DNA of 64,000 nucleotides from Bacteroidales bacterium (GTDB lineage: Bacteria > Bacteroidota > Bacteroidia > Bacteroidales > P3): assembly GCA_017448185.1 (NCBI GenBank), contig JAFSLX010000049.1, forward strand, positions 1,152-65,151. The letters are read 5' to 3'. The notes below the pieces were generated by a model. It saw only the letters and a list, made by a program, of their open reading frames with translations, did no database searches and was not told the DNA's origin. This document shows positions 8,880 through 17,478 of this stretch, in pieces; within the stretch, counting starts at the first letter, position 1; every line of letters starts with the position of its first letter. A program made the position numbers and the translations under genes.

Positions 8880-9257
8880 TTACAGCCTAAGCTTGAAGTC
8901 CTTCGGTGTACGGACGCGGGTGGTGGTATCGGTTGCGGCGATGCTGTCGAGACGGACGAGCACCTGGGCGTTGATAGGCTCGAACAGTTCGGGATGGTTG
9001 GAATAAAAGTCGAAAGCGGCTTCCACCTCATTGCGCGTCAGGCCATGGTGCGCCAGCACACTGTCATAGGCCGACGGCATATCGTCGGCAAGACTGTCGC
9101 CCTCACGAAGACCGACATTATACATTCCCTCGACAAGGCAGGCATCGACAAGGAAATCGACCATGCGCTCCTGCGCTATAGGTTCTTGGTCAGTTTTATT
9201 GTGGCAAGCCGTCATAAGCACCACGGCAGCCACGGCAAGCAGTATCAGACGTTTCAT
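8880..9257 (-). CDS. DUF4296-like lipoprotein
   Basis: MKRLILLAVAAVVLMTAC lipobox, then ERMVDFLVDACLVEG, which resembles DUF4296 proteins of Bacteroidota. Confidence 0.7.
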   Translation of the reverse strand: MKRLILLAVAAVVLMTACHNKTDQEPIAQERMVDFLVDACLVEGMYNVGLREGDSLADDMPSAYDSVLAHHGLTRNEVEAAFDFYSNHPELFEPINAQVLVRLDSIAATDTTTRVRTPKDFKLRL

Positions 9258-9272
9258 CAGTCAAAAAAGATA

Positions 9273-9305
9273 ACAAAAAAAGCAGGTCGAACTGACGACC
9301 TGCTT
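9273..9305 (-). terminator. rho-independent terminator of the 9324-9755 gene
   Basis: On the minus strand, AGCAGGTCG-tcagtt-CGACCTGCT is followed by TTTTTTTG. Confidence 0.75.
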
Positions 9306-9323
9306 TTCATTTTTCAAAAAAGT

Positions 9324-9755
9324 TTACTTTTTGAGGCTCTCGGAGATGGCCTTGGCACCGGCTTTGATACCTTCGTCGGCTTTCTCCTTGATAGCGGCGG
9401 TGGCTTTCTCCTTCACGCAGTTGTTGAATTCAGCCTCCATAGCGGCTTTGAACTCCTCGTTGTCCTGATAGGCAGCGTAGCTCTCGGAAAGGATGCTCTT
9501 GATGCAAGCCTCGACGCTGGAGGCATCGGTCTTGTAGCAGTTGCATTTGGCACGGCCAGCTTCGGCAGCGGCGTTGAGCATGGCCTGGTGTTCGGCATCG
9601 CTCATGGCAGCAGCTTCGACGGGAGCAGCCTCGGTGGCCTCTTCGATAGCGACCTCTTCAGCAATGCTGTCGTTTTCCTGATTTTTCTGGTTGCAAGCAA
9701 CGGCCATGACGGCGACAAAAGCGGCGCAACCGATAAGTGTCAAAACTTTCTTCAT
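9324..9755 (-). CDS. hypothetical lipoprotein (Ala/Glu-rich)
   Basis: MKKVLTLIGCAAFVAVMAVAC. The ORF-track start at 9782 is a TTG; the ATG at 9755 gives a normal signal peptide. Confidence 0.7.
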   Translation of the reverse strand: MKKVLTLIGCAAFVAVMAVACNQKNQENDSIAEEVAIEEATEAAPVEAAAMSDAEHQAMLNAAAEAGRAKCNCYKTDASSVEACIKSILSESYAAYQDNEEFKAAMEAEFNNCVKEKATAAIKEKADEGIKAGAKAISESLKK

Positions 9756-9808
9756 TTCTTTTTGATTTTTAATATTATACAATATTTATTTCCTTCTTAT
9801 CCAAGATG

Positions 9809-9816
9809 CAAAAGTA
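9809..9816 (-). promoter_or_regulatory. -7 promoter box TACTTTTG (minus strand)
   Basis: TAnnTTTG match 54 nt upstream of ATG 9755. Confidence 0.5.
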
Positions 9817-9851
9817 CAACACATTGACTATTCGGCCATAATAATAATTCT

Positions 9852-9887
9852 TAAAAAAACAAAAAAGCCCTCTTTTCGGAGGGCTTT
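9852..9887 (-). terminator. terminator after tRNA-Val
   Basis: On the minus strand, the AAGCCCTC..GAGGGCTT hairpin is followed by a T-run. Confidence 0.7.
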
Positions 9888-9894
9888 GTCGGGG

Positions 9895-9969
9895 TGGGAG
9901 TAACAGGGATCGAACCAGTGACCTCCTGCTTGTAAGGCAGGCGCTCTGAACCAGCTGAGCTATACTCCC
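9895..9969 (-). tRNA. tRNA-Val (anticodon TAC)
   Basis: Hand-folded cloverleaf: acceptor GGGAGTA/TACTCCC, D arm GCTC..GAGC, anticodon stem CCTGC/GCAGG with loop CTTACAA, T loop TTCGATC. There is one T:T mismatch in the T stem. Confidence 0.85.
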
Positions 9970-9987
9970 ATGCCTGTTTTGAGGGTG

Positions 9988-9995
9988 CAAAGATA
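9988..9995 (-). promoter_or_regulatory. -7 promoter box TATCTTTG for tRNA-Val
   Basis: TAnnTTTG match 19 nt upstream of the tRNA 5' end. Confidence 0.6.
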
Positions 9996-10023
9996 CAACT
10001 ATTTTCCAAACCAGCCAAAAAAA

Positions 10024-11841
10024 TTATAAAAATGACTGCATATCAACCAGTTTCCTGTACAGACCGTTGGCTGCAATCAGTTGGTCGTGGGTGCCACGCT
10101 CGACAATTTGCCCCTTTTCGAGCACGACAATCTGGTCGGCATGGCGGATGGTGGAGAGGCGGTGGGCAATGACGATGGAGGTGCGCCCCTGCATCAGGGC
10201 ATCAAGTCCCTGCTGCACGGCATGCTCCGACTCGGAATCGAGGGCCGAGGTAGCCTCGTCGAGAATCAAAATAGGCGTGTTGCGCAGCACCGCGCGTGCA
10301 ATGCTAAGGCGCTGACGCTGACCGCCCGAGAGGTTGAGGCCACGGTCGCCGATGGGAGTGTCGTAGCCTTGCGGCAATTGTTCGATAAACTCATCGGCAT
10401 TGGCCACACGGGCCGCAGCACGAATCTGTTCTATCGTATACTGTGCATCGCCGAATGCTATGTTGTTGGCCACCGTGTCGTTGAACAGGATGCAGTTCTG
10501 CGACACCAGGCCGAACTGCGACCGAAGCGAATTGATGTTCACATCGCGCACCGGATACCCATCGACCGAGATGTAGCCTTCGGAGCAGTCGTAGAAGCGT
10601 GGCAAAAGGTCGACCATGGTACTTTTGCCCGCACCCGACGGACCGACCACGGCCACTGTGCTACCCTGCGGAATCACAAGGTCGACATGTGACAACACCG
10701 TTGCTCCGTCGGCATAGGAAAAACTGACATCGTGGTAACGTATCTCGTTGCAGAAAGTCGGCAGCATCGGCGCATTGGGCTTCTCAAGTATCAGTTCGTC
10801 AGCATCGAGCACTTCGAGAAAGCGAGCCGCCGAAGCCGAACCCTTCTGCAGGTTGTTGTAAGCCCTGACGATGGCCTGTATCGGCGGAATGAGGCGCGCA
10901 AAGACTATGACAAAGAAGATGAAGACCGAAGGCTGGATGAGTCCGTCGATTACCTGCCAACCACCCAGAATCAGGATAAAGACAAGTGCAAGGGTACCCA
11001 GAATCTCGGAAAGTGGACTGGAGAGTTCGCGTTTGCGAGCCACTTTGACCATCGACCGGGCATAATCCCCGTTGGCTTTGGCGAAGCGCTGCTCACGGTC
11101 ATCCTCACGGCCGAAAGCCTTGATAGCCCGCAGAGAGGCCAACGACTCGTCGAGCAGTGCAAACAGGCGCCCCAGACGGTTCTGTCCCTGTTGCGAATTG
11201 TGCTTGAGGCTTTTGCCAATACGTGCAATGAGCCATACGCCCAACGGCAGCACCACGAGGAACAGCACGAACAGCCGCCACGAGACAAACACCAACGTAG
11301 CACTAAAGACAAGCACATTGATGGGGTCCTTGACCAGCGACTGCATTGTGCTGAAGACACTCCAATCGATATCGGCCAAGTCGTTCGACATACGGCTAAT
11401 GAGGTCACCACGGCGCTTACGGTTGAAATAAGACACCGGCAGGATGGTCACCTTGTGATAGATATCGTTGCGCAGACGCTCGACCAGGCCTTTGCGGATA
11501 GTGGCAAGAAAGAACATGCCGAGGTAGCGAAACAGGTTGCTCAACAGCGAACATGCCAAATAGCCGCCAGCCACAGTGAACAGACAGGGCCAGATGCCGA
11601 GTGTCTCCTTGTATTGGTTCAGGTGCCAGAAAGCCCAGTCGACCAACTGGTGCTGGTTCAAGCCAAACTCGGGCTCTGACGCCGGTGTTCCGTTCAAACC
11701 GAACAGCAGTTCCACGAAGGGAACTATCAGCACATACGAGCCGAGGTTGAACAGCACATGTAGCAGGTTGAACAACACATTGAGCCCTATTTCCACCGGG
11801 AAATAACGAAGATAGCGTAATATGCGACCGATGGGTTTCAT
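10024..11841 (-). CDS. ABC transporter permease/ATP-binding protein (MsbA-like exporter)
   Basis: N-terminal 6-TM domain. Walker A GPSGAGKST, signature LSGGQRQRLSIARA, Walker B ILILDEATSALD. The start is set at ATG 11841 (MKPIGRILRYL), which overlaps the upstream stop as ATGA. Confidence 0.9.
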   Translation of the reverse strand: MKPIGRILRYLRYFPVEIGLNVLFNLLHVLFNLGSYVLIVPFVELLFGLNGTPASEPEFGLNQHQLVDWAFWHLNQYKETLGIWPCLFTVAGGYLACSLLSNLFRYLGMFFLATIRKGLVERLRNDIYHKVTILPVSYFNRKRRGDLISRMSNDLADIDWSVFSTMQSLVKDPINVLVFSATLVFVSWRLFVLFLVVLPLGVWLIARIGKSLKHNSQQGQNRLGRLFALLDESLASLRAIKAFGREDDREQRFAKANGDYARSMVKVARKRELSSPLSEILGTLALVFILILGGWQVIDGLIQPSVFIFFVIVFARLIPPIQAIVRAYNNLQKGSASAARFLEVLDADELILEKPNAPMLPTFCNEIRYHDVSFSYADGATVLSHVDLVIPQGSTVAVVGPSGAGKSTMVDLLPRFYDCSEGYISVDGYPVRDVNINSLRSQFGLVSQNCILFNDTVANNIAFGDAQYTIEQIRAAARVANADEFIEQLPQGYDTPIGDRGLNLSGGQRQRLSIARAVLRNTPILILDEATSALDSESEHAVQQGLDALMQGRTSIVIAHRLSTIRHADQIVVLEKGQIVERGTHDQLIAANGLYRKLVDMQSFL

Positions 11842-13697
11842 TTGACGACAAGTTGAGGATGTTTGACATCGGTGCCACCACGGAAAGAGAGGCGTTCGGC
11901 ACGCAGTTTGTGTGAAATGAGGTAGTCGTAGAGCACTTTGGCATCGGCCTGCTTGGGGCATTCGACAGAGAGGTGGATGCGCGGATTGTCAATCAGATAG
12001 TCGACCCACCCGTCGAGCATACGAAGGTTGGACGACACCGCATCGGGCAACACCGCCACTGCACCGGCACGGGCAGGCGTAAGCGTTATGCGGGCAGGCA
12101 AAATACGGCCACGGGCCACATTTGCACCCGAGAGCACTGCCACATAAGGCAGCATTCCTTCGGCTGTGACTGTCACCAGATTATCGTCCTGCATTGAAAG
12201 CATCGGCACCATACGCCCGTCGGCTCCCGAACGATAAAGAGCCTCGGCAGCCCGTTTCACTTGCAGCGTAGCCTCCAACGGCTTTCCTGCCGTGTCAACC
12301 ACACTGGTCGTGGCGCAACGCATCGGCTCGGGCCGACCCGCTGGATATAGGTCGAACATCATCACGTCAGTGCTGCGGCTTCCGTCAGTTTTTCCCACAT
12401 AATAGGCTTTGTTTCCGTCAGCCGTGACACCAAACGAGAGGTCGTCGCCCTCACCGTTGATGGGCAAGCCAAGATTGATAGGTCGGTTACCATGCACATC
12501 ATTGACGTTGGCAAAATAGATGTCGTATCCACCGAATCCCTGCCATCCGTCGGACGAAAAATAGAGTGTGTGGCCGTCGGCAGCAATGAAAGGGAACTTC
12601 TCGTTGCCAGAGGTATTGATATTAGGACCGAGGTTTTCCGGACGACTCCAGTCGCCGTTCTTCAGCCGACGACAGCGCCAGATGTCGGTACCACCCTGCC
12701 CTCCCTGACGGTTGGAGGCAAAATAGAGTGTCTGCCCATCGGGGGTCACCGAAGGCTGCGACTCCCATGTACGGGCCCCATTGACATTCGTACCGGCATT
12801 CTCAATTGGTTGCCAGTGCCCGTCAATCAGATTGGAGAAATAAATGTCACTGTTGGAATAGCCCGCCTGGTTGCGTATGACAGAATAGAATAGCGTGTTA
12901 CCGTCGGATGTTAGCGTCACGCTGCCTTCCATATCGCCTTGATTGAAAGGTGCGGTCAATGCTGCGCCGCGCGAGAATGCCGTATCGACAAACTTGCTGC
13001 AATACAGCCACCACCGCATCTCCTCAAACTGTCGGCTGTAGAACGATGTGCGATCGTGTTCCACAGGCATGCGGCGCAGGAAATAGAAATAGCGCCCGTC
13101 GGGTGAAAGGTACGGCAACGCCTCGTCATATTTCGAACTCACCCCTGCCACCTTCACAGGGTCGAACGGCACTTGATTGAGCATTGCATCGGCCAGAAAC
13201 TGCGACCAGTACAGGTAGTTCGATGCCTCTTCGTAGACGGCAGTATAGGTACGCTCGTTGCTACCATTGGCTATGGCGAAATACTTCTCCAGCTCGGTCA
13301 CTGCCTCGTCGTAGCGTTCGTCGGTGTAATGAATCATACCCATATAGAAATGGGCCAGCGCATTGGAATAGTCGGGACAGAGCGAAATACACTTGGTGAA
13401 ATAGCGACGAATACCGGCAGTGTTGAAACCATCCTTCACTGCCGTCATACCAAGCCAGAACTGAATATCGGCATTGTGCTGATTGCGACCCGCCAGTCGG
13501 CGCATCTGCTGTGCCGACTCTTTATACTGACGTTGCTCGAAAAGCGCCATTGCCTTGTCGAACGCCTTGCTGTCGGATGCCTTCAGCTTGACATCGCACT
13601 GGGCAGACAAGGTGAAGGGAGAAAGATGAAAGATGATAATCAGCGCGACCAAGACGACGCGCCAGCCAACCTTCAACTTTACCCTTTCATTTTTCAC
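11838..13697 (-). CDS. TPR + PD40 (TolB-like beta-propeller repeat) secreted protein
   Basis: Repeated PDG..LYF/SS.R.GG.GG.DI motifs (TPDGQTLYFASNRQGGQGGTDIW, AADGHTLYFSSDGWQGFGGYDIYF). The N-terminus has a signal and a TPR-like segment. The start codon at 13697 is GTG, so the start is uncertain. Confidence 0.8.
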   Translation of the reverse strand: MKNERVKLKVGWRVVLVALIIIFHLSPFTLSAQCDVKLKASDSKAFDKAMALFEQRQYKESAQQMRRLAGRNQHNADIQFWLGMTAVKDGFNTAGIRRYFTKCISLCPDYSNALAHFYMGMIHYTDERYDEAVTELEKYFAIANGSNERTYTAVYEEASNYLYWSQFLADAMLNQVPFDPVKVAGVSSKYDEALPYLSPDGRYFYFLRRMPVEHDRTSFYSRQFEEMRWWLYCSKFVDTAFSRGAALTAPFNQGDMEGSVTLTSDGNTLFYSVIRNQAGYSNSDIYFSNLIDGHWQPIENAGTNVNGARTWESQPSVTPDGQTLYFASNRQGGQGGTDIWRCRRLKNGDWSRPENLGPNINTSGNEKFPFIAADGHTLYFSSDGWQGFGGYDIYFANVNDVHGNRPINLGLPINGEGDDLSFGVTADGNKAYYVGKTDGSRSTDVMMFDLYPAGRPEPMRCATTSVVDTAGKPLEATLQVKRAAEALYRSGADGRMVPMLSMQDDNLVTVTAEGMLPYVAVLSGANVARGRILPARITLTPARAGAVAVLPDAVSSNLRMLDGWVDYLIDNPRIHLSVECPKQADAKVLYDYLISHKLRAERLSFRGGTDVKHPQLVVK

Positions 13698-13701
13698 CTT
13701 C

Positions 13702-14613
13702 CTACAGCTTCGTTACGTCGATATCGAAATGTGCGTCAGGTCCGTTGCAGGGCGAAGAGCATTTGATGGCGCACTCTTCACACGAAGTCAATTCGCCGTG
13801 CAGACGCTTCTTCACCATGTCGCCCATCGTCTCACGCAGCGACGGGATACCAATCGACCGTATCACCTCGTCGCAGAAAGCATAGCTCAGCATCGTCACA
13901 GCCGTTCGTTCGCTGATACCACGGGTCATCAGGTAGAACTTGGCCTGCTCATCGAGCTGCCCAATGGTCGAGCCATGCGAACACTTCACATCGTCGTTGT
14001 ATATTTCGAGGAACGGTCGCGTGTCGACATGTGCCTTGTCGGTCAGCAGAATATTGCGGTTGGTCATATAGGCCTCGGTCTTCACCGCACCGTCCTGCAC
14101 CAGCACATGGCCGTTGAAACGGGCACGAGCCGCATCATCAATGATACCCTTGTACAGTTCGCGGCTGTTGCAGTGAGGCTTTGCATGCTCGACAAAGATA
14201 TAATTGTCGCACTGCTGCTCACGGTCGATAAGGTACAGGCCGTTGGCCTCCAAGTCGCACCCCTCACCCACCATGCGCACCACAATATTGTTCCTCACAT
14301 GCTGACCGCCAAGGGTGATAGTGCACATCTTCAGCCTCGAGCCGGCCTCCATTGTGATTTCGAGGTCGCTCACCTGCTCGCCACCCATAAACTGCGGACG
14401 ATACAGTTCCATCTCCACACCCTCGCCCAACACGAGTTTCATCCTTTCATGCCCACGCACCACCTTGTAGCCAGCATCTTCGCGCAGCATGAACAGCGGT
14501 GCGTCTTCGGGCGAGCACATCACAATCCGCCCCCCACTCGCCACTCGCCATTCTTCGCCGGTCGCTTTCCACTGGTCGCCCCAAATATCAGGCAATTGGT
14601 CTTTACGGATCAT
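13702..14613 (-). CDS. short SufB/SufD-family Fe-S scaffold protein with a Cys-rich C-terminal tail
   Basis: Core ELYKGIIDDAARARFNGHVLVQ..AYMTNRNILLTDKAHVDTRPFLEIYNDDVKCSHGSTIGQLDEQAKFYLMTRGI is the SufB/D beta-helix signature. Only 303 aa. The tail reads SCEECAIKCSSPCNG. Confidence 0.85.
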   Translation of the reverse strand: MIRKDQLPDIWGDQWKATGEEWRVASGGRIVMCSPEDAPLFMLREDAGYKVVRGHERMKLVLGEGVEMELYRPQFMGGEQVSDLEITMEAGSRLKMCTITLGGQHVRNNIVVRMVGEGCDLEANGLYLIDREQQCDNYIFVEHAKPHCNSRELYKGIIDDAARARFNGHVLVQDGAVKTEAYMTNRNILLTDKAHVDTRPFLEIYNDDVKCSHGSTIGQLDEQAKFYLMTRGISERTAVTMLSYAFCDEVIRSIGIPSLRETMGDMVKKRLHGELTSCEECAIKCSSPCNGPDAHFDIDVTKL

Positions 14614-14618
14614 AATTC

Positions 14619-15383
14619 CTAACTCCTAATTCCTAATTCTTCCTTAATCCACTCATAGCCCTTCTCCTCGAGTTCCAAAGCCAACTCCTTGGGACCGGTC
14701 TTCACAATGCGGCCCTCGTAAAGCACATGCACAAAGTCGGGCACGATAAAGTCGAGCAGACGCTGATAGTGCGTGATAACAATAGTGGCATTGTCCTTAG
14801 TGCGAAGCTTGTTCACACCGCCGGCCACCACACGCAGGGCATCGATGTCGAGGCCCGAGTCGGTCTCATCCAGTATGGCCAGCGTGGGATTGAGCATAGC
14901 CATCTGGAAAATCTCGTTCTTCTTCTTCTCGCCGCCGCTAAAACCTTCGTTCACCGAGCGGTTGGCCAAGTTGGTCGTCATCTCGACCACCTTCTTTTTT
15001 TCTTCCATCAGCTTCAGGAACTCACTGCCGCTCAGTGGGTCGAGGCCGTGGTACTTGCGCTGCTCGTTGACGGCGGTGCGCATAAAGTTGGTGATGCTCA
15101 CACCTGGAATCTCCACCGGATATTGGAATCCGAGGAACAGGCCTTCGGCCGCACGCACGTCGACCGGCAGGTCGAGGATGTTCTTGCCGTTGTAAATCAC
15201 CTCGCCCTCGGTGACTGTGTATTTCGGGTTACCGGCCACCACACCGGCCAACGTGCTCTTGCCGTTGCCGTTGGGGCCCATAATGGCGTGCACCTCGCCA
15301 CGGTTCACCTCCAGGTTGACTCCCTTCAATATTTCGCGGTCGCCAATCGTAGCATGCAAATTGCGTATCGAGAGTAATGACAT
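14619..15383 (-). CDS. sufC: Fe-S cluster assembly ATPase SufC
   Basis: MSLLSIRNLHATIGDREILKGVNLEVNRGEVHAIMGPNGNGKSTL, then FSGGEKKKNEI and LAILDETDSGLDIDAL. Confidence 0.92.
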   Translation of the reverse strand: MSLLSIRNLHATIGDREILKGVNLEVNRGEVHAIMGPNGNGKSTLAGVVAGNPKYTVTEGEVIYNGKNILDLPVDVRAAEGLFLGFQYPVEIPGVSITNFMRTAVNEQRKYHGLDPLSGSEFLKLMEEKKKVVEMTTNLANRSVNEGFSGGEKKKNEIFQMAMLNPTLAILDETDSGLDIDALRVVAGGVNKLRTKDNATIVITHYQRLLDFIVPDFVHVLYEGRIVKTGPKELALELEEKGYEWIKEELGIRS

Positions 15384-15445
15384 ATTATTTCTTATTTCTT
15401 TATTTTTAACAACTTAACTGATTCTTTCGACATAAAGCTGAAAAA

Positions 15446-15453
15446 CAAAAATA
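15446..15453 (-). promoter_or_regulatory. -7 promoter box TATTTTTG for sufC operon
   Basis: TAnnTTTG match 63 nt upstream of ATG 15383. Confidence 0.5.
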
Positions 15454-15505
15454 CGAAAAAAAAATTCATTTTTCATTTTTCAATTCTCATTTTTCTTTTT
15501 TTTCG

Positions 15506-15513
15506 TATCTTTG
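15506..15513 (+). promoter_or_regulatory. -7 promoter box TATCTTTG
   Basis: TAnnTTTG match only 10 nt before ATG 15523, which would imply a near-leaderless mRNA. Confidence 0.4.
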
Positions 15514-15522
15514 CAGTCGGAT

Positions 15523-16314
15523 ATGAAAACGCCAATAGTAACATTAACAACCGATTGGGGCGACCAAGGCTTCTTCGTCGGCATGGTGAAGGGCGTGCTT
15601 TACAGCATGATCGAGGGCGTCCAGGTGGTCGACATCGCCCACCACATCGAGCCGTTCAATGTTATGGCCGCCACCTTCGTGGTGAAACATGCCTGCACAG
15701 GATTCCCGCCCGGCACCGTCCACATCATCGACGTGGCCTCCTCCCACTCCGACGAGCATCCCTTCGTCGTCGTCAAATGCCGTGGACAATACTATATCTG
15801 TGCCGACAACGGCCTGCCCGCCATGGCCTTCGGCAACGACATCGAGGACGTGTCGCGCATTCCCGTCAACGAGAAAGGTGTCTACAACTTCGCCGCCTAC
15901 AACCTCTTCTCGCTCGTCGCACAGAAACTCCTTGCCGGAGCCTCGATGCGCGACATCGGACCGCAACACACCACCCTCATGCAGCGCACCCTCCCCGGCT
16001 ATATCCAGCAAGGCGACTACTACCGCATCTACGTGCACTACATCGACTCCTACGGCAACGCCTACCTCGGCATGAGTTATCGCGAGTTCGAGGAGCTGCG
16101 CCAAGGGCGCGAATTCTCCCTCATGGTGCGCGACCAGGAAATACACGAAATCATGGCCTCCTACTACCAGCAGCACACCTACAACGACCCGCGCCGCCGC
16201 ATGCGACTCACCATCTCGGCCACCGGTCTGCTCGAACTCGCCGTCAAGGAGAGCTGCCTCACCCGCCTACTCGGCCTCAAGATGAACGAAAGCGTCCTCC
16301 TCCGTTTCAAATAA
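15523..16314 (+). CDS. SAM hydrolase / SAM hydroxide adenosyltransferase family protein (DUF62)
   Basis: MKTPIVTLTTDWGDQGFFVGMVKGVL is the typical DUF62 N-terminus. The ORF-track start at 15511 is a TTG. Confidence 0.8.
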   Translation: MKTPIVTLTTDWGDQGFFVGMVKGVLYSMIEGVQVVDIAHHIEPFNVMAATFVVKHACTGFPPGTVHIIDVASSHSDEHPFVVVKCRGQYYICADNGLPAMAFGNDIEDVSRIPVNEKGVYNFAAYNLFSLVAQKLLAGASMRDIGPQHTTLMQRTLPGYIQQGDYYRIYVHYIDSYGNAYLGMSYREFEELRQGREFSLMVRDQEIHEIMASYYQQHTYNDPRRRMRLTISATGLLELAVKESCLTRLLGLKMNESVLLRFK

Positions 16315-16330
16315 CCTGAAATAAAATACC

Positions 16331-16375
16331 AAAAGCGCCCGTGGCGAATCGATTCGCCACGGGCGTTTCATTTCT
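16331..16375. terminator. bidirectional terminator between convergent genes
   Basis: Perfect 14-bp palindrome GCCCGTGGCGAATC/GATTCGCCACGGGC, flanked by an A-run and a T-run. Confidence 0.8.
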
Positions 16376-16386
16376 CATTTTTACAT

Positions 16387-17463
16387 TCACCTCACCACCA
16401 GTTTCTTGGTCGTCATGCCTTGCGGTGTGTGGATGCGCAGCAGGTAGGCTCCTGAGGGCAGTTTCGACACATCGAGCGTGGCCTTCAGGCCCTCGGCCTT
16501 GAGGTCCATCACCTTACGGCCCGCGGCATTGAACACCTCCACGCGGCTCAGGCCGAAGCTCGACAACACCTCCGCGCTGCCCGTCGCCGGGTTCGGCGAC
16601 ACGCTCACGTAGCGCCCGAAGTATTCCGGCATGCGGATGGCCACCGTGTCGACCTGCGTCGTGTCGATGACGACTGTCGTGTCTATCACAACGGTGGTGT
16701 CGATTACAACGGTAGTGTCGATGGCAGTTGTATCGTCAGGCGTCGTGTCACAGATCGCGATGATTGGATACATGAACAGATGGCTACTCGGTGAATAAAA
16801 TCTCCATTCCCCATTTGCCATCTTGTAACCTTCCATCACATCATCCTCCTTGGGATCGTATGGATAGGGAGCAGCACCATTGATGTCAATTGGCACTGAT
16901 GCGTATTTGTGAAGGGAGGGATCGTAATGATAATGATAATTAGTTATCCCAATAAAAAACGAATCCGTAACAGTGAACGATGTGTCGAAATAGCGTTCGT
17001 AAATCGGGAATATGGGGATGTCTTCCGGTGGGAGGAAACTCACAGGTTGATAGATTTTGTCGACATCCATGTAGTACGACACCGGCGTGTCGCGCATGTG
17101 CAGCATCAGCATCGAGTCACCAATGACCGCCATCGAATCGCCGGTACGTTTGTACACCCTCAGGTATTCATACGCGCTGTCCAACGATATGTTTGCATAA
17201 AATTCCTCAGATAAATCGGATGGCACTTCCGCGGAAATGGCAATCCCGTAGATTGTCAAAGTGTCCTGAGTAAAAAAACGTCTTGTTTGAGCGAAAAAAC
17301 AATTGGACAGTCGCATTCCCGAAATGCCGCAGACAGTATCTGTTGTCGTCCAATACGGAGCATAGTAGCAAGGCTTTGGGTCAGACATTCTCACGGTGTC
17401 CTGCGCCTGCAATCCCATGGCGGTTGCAATTAACGCCAGAAAAAATAATGTTTTCTTTTTCAT
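16387..17463 (-). CDS. T9SS C-terminal-domain secreted protein, unknown N-terminal domain
   Basis: Signal MKKKTLFFLALIATAMGLQAQ. C-terminus VSVSPNPATGSAEV..KLPSGAYLLRIHTPQGMTTKKLVVR is a type A T9SS sorting domain. Contains an internal (VVIDTT)x3 repeat. Confidence 0.8.
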   Translation of the reverse strand: MKKKTLFFLALIATAMGLQAQDTVRMSDPKPCYYAPYWTTTDTVCGISGMRLSNCFFAQTRRFFTQDTLTIYGIAISAEVPSDLSEEFYANISLDSAYEYLRVYKRTGDSMAVIGDSMLMLHMRDTPVSYYMDVDKIYQPVSFLPPEDIPIFPIYERYFDTSFTVTDSFFIGITNYHYHYDPSLHKYASVPIDINGAAPYPYDPKEDDVMEGYKMANGEWRFYSPSSHLFMYPIIAICDTTPDDTTAIDTTVVIDTTVVIDTTVVIDTTQVDTVAIRMPEYFGRYVSVSPNPATGSAEVLSSFGLSRVEVFNAAGRKVMDLKAEGLKATLDVSKLPSGAYLLRIHTPQGMTTKKLVVR

Positions 17464-17478
17464 GATTTTATTTTTTTA

